Of a stretch of DNA of 64,000 nt, positions 57,540 through 64,000 are shown one piece after another. A model generated the notes under the pieces. The model made no database searches and was not told the DNA's origin. It saw only the letters and a program-made list of their open reading frames with translations. The stretch's first letter is position 1. Each line of letters starts with the position of its first letter. This DNA is from Bacteroidales bacterium (GTDB taxonomy: Bacteria > Bacteroidota > Bacteroidia > Bacteroidales > UBA932), in contig JAAZMM010000019.1 in the NCBI GenBank assembly GCA_012798805.1, forward strand, positions 2,771 to 66,770. Reading direction: 5' to 3'. The translations under genes and the position numbers were made by a program.

Positions 57540-59582
57540 ATGTTGAACCACTCATATTGTTCTGACAAATATCAGTACACGATGGGAAAATCATACTACG
57601 ACAGTGGTATGAAAGATACCATAGGCATCTTCAATCTCTTTTTCAGAAAAGCTCCCGATAACAATAATTGGGCTGTAGTCAGCGGCATAAGTGAAGCGCT
57701 TGAGATGATTGAGGGACTTGGCTCCGAGGATGAGACTTTCTTCGAGAAATTCCTCCCGGGAGAGGAGTATGCAGAATTTCGTTCCTATCTGGCAGGAATG
57801 AAATTTACAGGCCAGGTATATGCTATGAAAGAGGGCGAAATAGCATTTCCCAAAGAACCCATAATAACTGTTGTGGGTCCTATTATTGAGGCGCAGGTAC
57901 TTGAAACACCTCTCCTCTGTATAATGAACCACCAGATGGCAGTAGCCACAAAGGCCTCACGCGTCACACGCAGCACTCCCAAACCGGTCAGCGAATTTGG
58001 CTCGCGCAGAGCACACGGTCCCTGGGCTGCCCAATATGGCGCTAAAGCAGCTATTATTGCAGGATGTGATGGAAGTTCCAATGTGCTAGCCGGCATAAAA
58101 TGCGGATTTGAATCAACAGGCACTATGGCCCACAGCTTTACTACATCGTTCGGCTGCTCCATTGAGGGTGAATATAAAGCATTCGACGCCTATATCAAAA
58201 CACATAAGGGTGAAACGCTGATCATGTTGATAGATACCTTTGATACCCTAAAATGTGGTCTGAAAAATGCTATTAAAGCTTTCAAAGCTAACGGCATTGA
58301 TGACTCTTACCCCCATCTCTACGGAGTAAGACTCGATAGTGGTGACTTGACCTACCTCTCACAAAAGTGTCGTAAAGCTCTTGACGAGGCAGGACTCACA
58401 AATTGTAAAATCTTCGCTTCAAACTCTCTTGATGAATATATAATCTCAGACCTTGAAAAACAGGAAGCTTGTATTGATATCTACGGAGTTGGTGATGCTA
58501 TTGCCACCTCTAAGCATAACCCCTGTTTCGGTAATGTCTATAAACTGGTGCAAGTTGGGGATGAACCGGTACTTAAACGCTCTGAAGATAAGATCAAACT
58601 TATCAATCCCGGCTTTCAGATTACCTACCGTCTGATTCAAAAGGGACGATTTGAAGCTGATGTGACCTGTCTCAGGGGCGACTCATTTGCGAAAATCATA
58701 GAGGCCGGTGAAGAACTCACAATTGTGGACGAGATGGATGTCAGCAAATTTACAACATTTGCTGCCGGTTCATATACCTTCCGCAAACTCCAGGAACTTG
58801 TTTACGACAATGGAACAATCATCCCTGATAAACGCACAATCTATCAGAAGAGAGAATATTATAGGAAAAATCTGGCCTCATTTGACGAAACACAGACCCG
58901 TATCCTCAATCCACACTTCTATAAAGTGGATATATCCGATGATCTCTACGACCTGAAAATGAAAATAATAAACAGGATTATATTGCAGATAAATGCAATG
59001 GAAGAGATGGAGGATGGCAGTGGGGTAAGGAGATATAGCCATGTGGTAGTGGATATGCTCTACGACTTTATTGATGGTACCCTTGCTTGTGCCAATGCAG
59101 AAAAGGCCGTAGAGGAGAGCGTAAAATATATTGATGCACACCCGGGCCAAAAGGTACTTTATGTGCTGGACCACCATCCGGAGAACCATTGTTCATTTAA
59201 AGAGCATGGCGGTATATGGCCTCCACACTGCGTCCAAAAAACAAGAGGCGGAGATATTCATGCCCGTTTTTATAGCATAGAAAACGAATCCAACAGACCC
59301 TCCCGCGACAACAAGTTTTACAAGGGATGCAATCCCCGCGTAGAGCAATATTCCGGCTTTGAGGGGCGTGACCGTGAAGGCATCGAACTTAATTCCTTCC
59401 TCAGCAAAGATGTTGTGGTAAGCGGTATCGCTACGGAGTATTGTATCCGTGAAACCTGTTTTGATCTGATCAAGGCCGGACACAATGTATTCCTACTTGA
59501 GAACGCACTTGGCTATATTGATAAGGAAGGGCATGAAAAAACCCTTAAAGAACTAGCTAAAATAGGAGTAAAAATCATCTAA
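57540..59582 (+). CDS. pncB: fusion: nicotinate phosphoribosyltransferase + nicotinamidase (isochorismatase fold)
   Basis: 680 aa. The first ~480 residues are NAPRT-like (DKYQYTMG, SEFGSRRAHG, TMAHSF, GVRLDSGD). The last ~190 are PncA-like (VVVDMLYDF, DHHPENHCSF metal site, GIATEYCIRETC catalytic Cys). Confidence 0.85.
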   Translation: MLNHSYCSDKYQYTMGKSYYDSGMKDTIGIFNLFFRKAPDNNNWAVVSGISEALEMIEGLGSEDETFFEKFLPGEEYAEFRSYLAGMKFTGQVYAMKEGEIAFPKEPIITVVGPIIEAQVLETPLLCIMNHQMAVATKASRVTRSTPKPVSEFGSRRAHGPWAAQYGAKAAIIAGCDGSSNVLAGIKCGFESTGTMAHSFTTSFGCSIEGEYKAFDAYIKTHKGETLIMLIDTFDTLKCGLKNAIKAFKANGIDDSYPHLYGVRLDSGDLTYLSQKCRKALDEAGLTNCKIFASNSLDEYIISDLEKQEACIDIYGVGDAIATSKHNPCFGNVYKLVQVGDEPVLKRSEDKIKLINPGFQITYRLIQKGRFEADVTCLRGDSFAKIIEAGEELTIVDEMDVSKFTTFAAGSYTFRKLQELVYDNGTIIPDKRTIYQKREYYRKNLASFDETQTRILNPHFYKVDISDDLYDLKMKIINRIILQINAMEEMEDGSGVRRYSHVVVDMLYDFIDGTLACANAEKAVEESVKYIDAHPGQKVLYVLDHHPENHCSFKEHGGIWPPHCVQKTRGGDIHARFYSIENESNRPSRDNKFYKGCNPRVEQYSGFEGRDREGIELNSFLSKDVVVSGIATEYCIRETCFDLIKAGHNVFLLENALGYIDKEGHEKTLKELAKIGVKII

Positions 59583-59589
59583 TACAGCA

Positions 59590-60540
59590 ATGAATTACAT
59601 CGGAATAGATCTCGGTGGCACAAAAGCAGTTGGAGCCATCTTCAATAGCGATGGAGATATCCTGCTTCAAAAACAGAGGCTTCTCGAAAGCAGAAGTGGA
59701 ACTGAAGTCGGAGCGCTCGTATGCAACCTCTGCAAAGAGCTCTGCAATGAGGGTAAAATCCCGCACGGAGCTCCCCTGAGCATCGGTGTCTGCATTCCGG
59801 GCATCTCCTACTCCGATACAGGGTGCGTATGGGCACCCAATATCCCCGGATGGGACAACTATCCATTGCACGATGAATTATTAAAGATAGCACCCCAGGC
59901 TACGGTTACCATCGAAAGCGACCGCACCTGCTATATTTTGGGCGAAGTTCAGATGGGTTGTGCAAAAGGATGCCGCAATGCAATCTTTATAGCTGTCGGC
60001 ACCGGTATAGGAGCCGGCATTCTAATTGACAACCACGTGCTACACGGCCATTCGGATATTGTAGGAGCTATAGGTTGGCTTGCTCTAAAGCCCCCCTACA
60101 CACAAGATTACGATCAGTGTGGCTGTTTTGAAACATACTGTTCCGGGGAAGGGCTGGCAAAACAATTACGCCGTCTTCTGATGGAGAATAAAGAATATAG
60201 CGGAGAACTCCGCAAGTATAATATCGAAGATATTACCTCATACCACCTTTTTGAAGCATATGACAATGGTGATCCAATGGCAAAAAAGGTTATGGAGGAG
60301 GCTATTGAAATGTGGGGTATGGCTACGGCCAACCTTATCAGTATATTTAATCCGGAGAAGGTGATTTTTGGAGGCGGGGTCTTTGGTCCGGCAGTTAAAT
60401 TTCTTCCCCAAATCCGCCATGAAGCGGAAAAATGGGCCCAGCCGATAAGCATGAAACAGGTAGAAATCACATCAACTGCGCTGCCCAAGCTTGCAGGACT
60501 CTATGGAGCAGGAGCGGTAGCCATCAAATTTGCAAAATAA
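59590..60540 (+). CDS. ROK family sugar kinase
   Basis: 316 aa with MNYIGIDLGGTK and the ROK Zn motif region HGHSDIVGAIGW...CGC...YCSG. Confidence 0.85.
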   Translation: MNYIGIDLGGTKAVGAIFNSDGDILLQKQRLLESRSGTEVGALVCNLCKELCNEGKIPHGAPLSIGVCIPGISYSDTGCVWAPNIPGWDNYPLHDELLKIAPQATVTIESDRTCYILGEVQMGCAKGCRNAIFIAVGTGIGAGILIDNHVLHGHSDIVGAIGWLALKPPYTQDYDQCGCFETYCSGEGLAKQLRRLLMENKEYSGELRKYNIEDITSYHLFEAYDNGDPMAKKVMEEAIEMWGMATANLISIFNPEKVIFGGGVFGPAVKFLPQIRHEAEKWAQPISMKQVEITSTALPKLAGLYGAGAVAIKFAK

Positions 60541-60546
60541 AAGGTT

Positions 60547-61695
60547 ATGACACAAAAGAGTAATATAAAGGTAGTGATTGCCGCTCAAGTCGGCATTTTC
60601 TTTTTCGGAGTTGTGTTCTTTGTGTTGGGCACAATCCTAAATGCGCTGGGCCTTACTGCCGCCCAGAGCTCAACTTTGGCCAGTTCGCTCCCTCTGGGAG
60701 TGCTTATAGGCTCATTGGTATTTGGTCCGATCATTGACAGATATGGATACAAGATTCTCCTGGTCGGTGCAGCTGCAATGGGTGTTGTGGGTCTTGAGAT
60801 CCTCGCATTCACTAACTCCTTTGGGGCAATGGTGGCTGCCATCCTTCTGATCGGTACCTGTGGAGGTATGCTCAACGGATCTACCAGCGCCCTTATTTCC
60901 GACTCTTCCGAAGGAAAAGCCAGGACATCCAACCTATTTGTGCTTGGTCTGGTATATTGTATAGGAGCAATTGTCATCACCTTAATTATGACAATCTGCT
61001 ACGAAAAAGTTGATTATCACAAAATTCTGATGATAATGGGCTTCTTGATGGCAGCTGCTATGCTCTATTTTATAGCGATAAAATTTCCGGAGGCAAAATG
61101 CAAACAGGGCATCTCATTCAAGAGCGTAATCAATATGATTAAGGAACCGACTCTCCTTATTTTCAGTTTCGCACTTGCATTCCAGAGTGCACTTGAGGCT
61201 CTCGCAGCCACCTGGACATCCAAATATCTGGAAGACATCGGTTATGTTGGAAAAATGGCCCTCGTGGCATCTATTTTCATTCCTGTCGGACTTGCAATCA
61301 GCCGGGCCTCTCTTATTGTCATCTCCAAAAAGGCTTCCAGCAAGACAATTGTGCTCACAAGTATGGCAATAGCTGTGGCCGGTATCATTTGCCTCTTTAC
61401 AGCTAACGGTGCTGCAATGACTATTATAGGCACAACACTCATCGGAATGGGACTTGCAGCCACATTCCCCGCCACATTTGGAATACTTGGAGAGAAGTAC
61501 AGTGAGATGTCAGGCACGGCATTCAGTTTTGCCCTGACCATAGCACTTATTGGCAATACTCTCATCAACAAACTAGTGGGGACACTTGGAACAGGCTCCC
61601 TTCTCTATGTGATGCTCGGCTCCATCCTACTGCTTGTGGTATTATTCTTGATAGGATGTTCTACCATTAGACCTGAAAAGGCAATAAAAAAGTAA
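60547..61695 (+). CDS. MFS transporter
   Basis: 382 aa with about 12 hydrophobic segments and a D-R-x-G-Y-K-like loop (GPIIDRYGYK) between TM2 and TM3. Confidence 0.8.
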   Translation: MTQKSNIKVVIAAQVGIFFFGVVFFVLGTILNALGLTAAQSSTLASSLPLGVLIGSLVFGPIIDRYGYKILLVGAAAMGVVGLEILAFTNSFGAMVAAILLIGTCGGMLNGSTSALISDSSEGKARTSNLFVLGLVYCIGAIVITLIMTICYEKVDYHKILMIMGFLMAAAMLYFIAIKFPEAKCKQGISFKSVINMIKEPTLLIFSFALAFQSALEALAATWTSKYLEDIGYVGKMALVASIFIPVGLAISRASLIVISKKASSKTIVLTSMAIAVAGIICLFTANGAAMTIIGTTLIGMGLAATFPATFGILGEKYSEMSGTAFSFALTIALIGNTLINKLVGTLGTGSLLYVMLGSILLLVVLFLIGCSTIRPEKAIKK

Positions 61696-61707
61696 ATATA
61701 GATTGAT

Positions 61708-64000
61708 TTGATACTATCGAAGGTCAGAAAAGGAGTTGTAGTAGTGCTGCTGATGGCACTATTTGTGGTCGTTTCTTTGTACGGACACGGCCATAATAGT
61801 GCTTTGACCAATAGCAATACTATTATTCGGGACACCGTTTCTACAGCCAGGGATACGATTCTCCCTAATCGTGATACAATTCCTTTCGTCAGGGATACCA
61901 TTTCAACTGCTCAAGATAGTATTCCGGCTATTGTAGATAGTACTGCACTTGCCTCAAAGCAACCAGCTGCTGATTCAATTGCGATCCCTTCCGACACTCT
62001 GACCTATCCCTACGGCATTATGGAGATCGATACGGTAAATTTCTGGAAACAGATTGACACACTCACCATACCCTATCTCGACTCCACCTATACCGCCTAC
62101 TTTGATTCTCTCGCACTTCATCTTCCGGATGCAAAAGACATAAAAAGAGCTGAACGAAGAAATGCAAGAGAGTACCGTGACAGCGTAAGGCTGGCTACGC
62201 CCCGCATTCTGGACACCTATGTGATCCCGGATTCGCTACACTATCAGCGTATGCTTACCTGGACTCATGAACAAAATTTCAATGATATCACCCTAACTGA
62301 AATAGATACCTCGTTTCAATACAGGTTTAACGACTATCCCTTTCTGCGCAATGATGTAAATGGTACATATTTGGGCACAATTGGCTCTGCAATGCAGTAC
62401 CACAATTATTTCAAGCGAGAAAAATTGGATCTGTTTCCGCAGTTTGAACCCTATCTGGCCTATTTCCATACTCCGGAAAATATTCCTCATTACAATACCA
62501 AATCTGCCTATACGGAACTTGCTTACTGGGGAACGCCATTCGCCACAAAACAACTTGAGGAATCCTGCGTCAAAATTCTCACCACTCAGAATATCACACC
62601 TGCGCTAAACCTCTCCTTCCTTTACAGACAGTATGGCTCGAGGGGTATGCTGAAAAATGAGGCCACTAATAACCGTTCATACGCGATAGGTATCAATTAC
62701 CTTGGAAAAAAATACCTTCTAAATGCCGGCTTTATCAGTCAGGCTGTAATTCGTTCCGAAAATGGGGGCCTTCAGGACTCATTCTGGGTACGAGATACCA
62801 TTGTGGATGCTAAATCAATCGAAGTCAATCTACAGGATGCCAACAACTTGCTCAAACGAAGGACTGCCTATCTTACTCACAGCTATACTATCCCGATGAA
62901 TTTCTTCCGCAAGAAGGATTCGCTTGATGTTGGTGAAGGTACCGTTGCATATATAGGACACAGCCTGGAGTACTCACGATATAGCAAAGTCTATACTGAC
63001 AATATTACTGAAAACGACGAATACGGCCGTAATTTCTATTTCAACCAGTTCTATCTCAACAAGATATCCAGCAGAGACTCTCTTGGGACGGAACGGTTTG
63101 AAAATAAAGCATTCATCCGTCTGCAGCCATTTGCCCACGACGCAGTTATATCCAAACTTGACGTCGGAGTCGGCTATCAAATGCTCTCCATATATAGCTT
63201 TGATCCTTCACACTATCTGAGCGGAAATATCAGTGAGCGTCAAAATAATCTCTACCTCTATGCCGGAGTCTCAGGACAATACAGGAAATATCTCTCCTGG
63301 AGTGCTGACGGCAAATATACTTTTGCCGGCTACAACCTCAACGATCTCGACATTGGAGGAAAAATCAAATTATCATTCTATCCTATTGATGAAGGTATCC
63401 ATCTGACAGGTAGTTTACGAACGACATTGACGGAGCCACATCCTTTTCATCAGAAAATTTACACCAACCACCATAAGTGGCACAATGACTTCCAAAAAAT
63501 CTCTGACAGCAGAGTTAAAGCCTCTCTTGATATTCCCAAATGGCAAACACATGCCGGATTCAATTATGCTCTGGTGAGCGGACTTATCTATTATGACACT
63601 CTCTCGATAATCAGACAAATAGACAAGCCCGTCAGCATCATTTCGGCATCTCTGGAGCAAAACATACGACTTTGGATACTCCACTTGGACAATCGTGCTC
63701 TTTTCCAGCTCTCTTCTGACGGTGAAGCGCTTCCGTTACCCAAGTTGTCCCTTAATCTCAAATACTATATCGAATTCAATGTGGTCAAGGATGTTATGAG
63801 AATGCAGATTGGTCTCAACGCCTTGTTCCACACCAAATATTATGTTCAATCGTACAGTCCCGACCTCGGAGTGTTCCACAACCAACATAAGGAACTCATT
63901 GGAGGTACCCCATATTTTGATGCATTTGTAAATATGCAGTGGAAAAATGTCACTCTATTTCTCAAATACACCAACACATTTAAAGGGTGGCCACAGGCCG
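61708..64000 (+). CDS. large outer-membrane putative porin (Porin_10-like), 5' portion; continues past the window end
   Basis: Missing from the ORF track because it has no stop in the window. This frame is open from the TAG at 61699-61701 to position 64000. The TTG at 61708 gives a signal peptide MILSKVRKGVVVVLLMALFVVVSLYG (the ATG at 61753 is an alternative). Aromatic-rich beta-strand content follows (...YAIGINYLGKKYLLNAGF..., ...LSLNLKYYIEFNV...). Confidence 0.65.
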   Translation, partial: MILSKVRKGVVVVLLMALFVVVSLYGHGHNSALTNSNTIIRDTVSTARDTILPNRDTIPFVRDTISTAQDSIPAIVDSTALASKQPAADSIAIPSDTLTYPYGIMEIDTVNFWKQIDTLTIPYLDSTYTAYFDSLALHLPDAKDIKRAERRNAREYRDSVRLATPRILDTYVIPDSLHYQRMLTWTHEQNFNDITLTEIDTSFQYRFNDYPFLRNDVNGTYLGTIGSAMQYHNYFKREKLDLFPQFEPYLAYFHTPENIPHYNTKSAYTELAYWGTPFATKQLEESCVKILTTQNITPALNLSFLYRQYGSRGMLKNEATNNRSYAIGINYLGKKYLLNAGFISQAVIRSENGGLQDSFWVRDTIVDAKSIEVNLQDANNLLKRRTAYLTHSYTIPMNFFRKKDSLDVGEGTVAYIGHSLEYSRYSKVYTDNITENDEYGRNFYFNQFYLNKISSRDSLGTERFENKAFIRLQPFAHDAVISKLDVGVGYQMLSIYSFDPSHYLSGNISERQNNLYLYAGVSGQYRKYLSWSADGKYTFAGYNLNDLDIGGKIKLSFYPIDEGIHLTGSLRTTLTEPHPFHQKIYTNHHKWHNDFQKISDSRVKASLDIPKWQTHAGFNYALVSGLIYYDTLSIIRQIDKPVSIISASLEQNIRLWILHLDNRALFQLSSDGEALPLPKLSLNLKYYIEFNVVKDVMRMQIGLNALFHTKYYVQSYSPDLGVFHNQHKELIGGTPYFDAFVNMQWKNVTLFLKYTNTFKGWPQA
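61828..61953 (+). repeat. six in-frame 21-nt tandem repeats inside the porin N-terminus
   Basis: They encode RDTVSTA RDTILPN RDTIPFV RDTISTA QDSIPAI VDSTALA. Confidence 0.7.

Overview
Dense, mostly housekeeping chromosomal segment that looks like a Bacteroidota (Bacteroidales-type) genome. The assignment rests on three things: many genes are preceded by the Bacteroides-type -7 promoter box TAnnTTTG, tsaD and tamB are divergently arranged, and there are many lipoproteins, TPR proteins and outer-membrane beta-barrels. All calls come from reading the ORF track and the DNA by eye, using motif recall only. No database search was run.

I support about 50 protein-coding genes:
- Translation, replication and repair: rpmE2, gyrB, nth, xerD, and a tight amidase-uvrB-(p)ppGpp synthetase-uvrA string.
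- Envelope and peptidoglycan turnover: glmM, tamB, an LD-carboxypeptidase, an M23/LysM peptidase, an Amidase_3 enzyme, and an AmgK-like/MurU-like pair.
- Proteases and ion transport: tldD/pmbA and nhaC.
- NAD salvage.
- Several uncharacterised membrane proteins.

I found no rRNA, tRNA, CRISPR array, transposase or prophage signature.

Most interesting items:
1. An uncharacterised radical SAM/SPASM enzyme operon with two tandem paralogous lipoproteins and a beta-barrel (25.8-28.8 kb).
2. Phased 7-nt (T/G)AGTnnn repeat arrays that begin at the stop codons of three genes (17.2-17.66 kb and 26.56-26.62 kb). One continues into a C-rich/G-poor tract about 130 nt long.
3. An otherwise intact uvrA interrupted by a single in-frame TGA.
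4. An anomeric amino-sugar kinase fused to a RapZ C-terminal-like domain, next to a MurU-like nucleotidyltransferase.
5. A PncB-PncA fusion.
6. A zeta-toxin-like ATPase with an overlapping, unannotated 51-codon downstream ORF.
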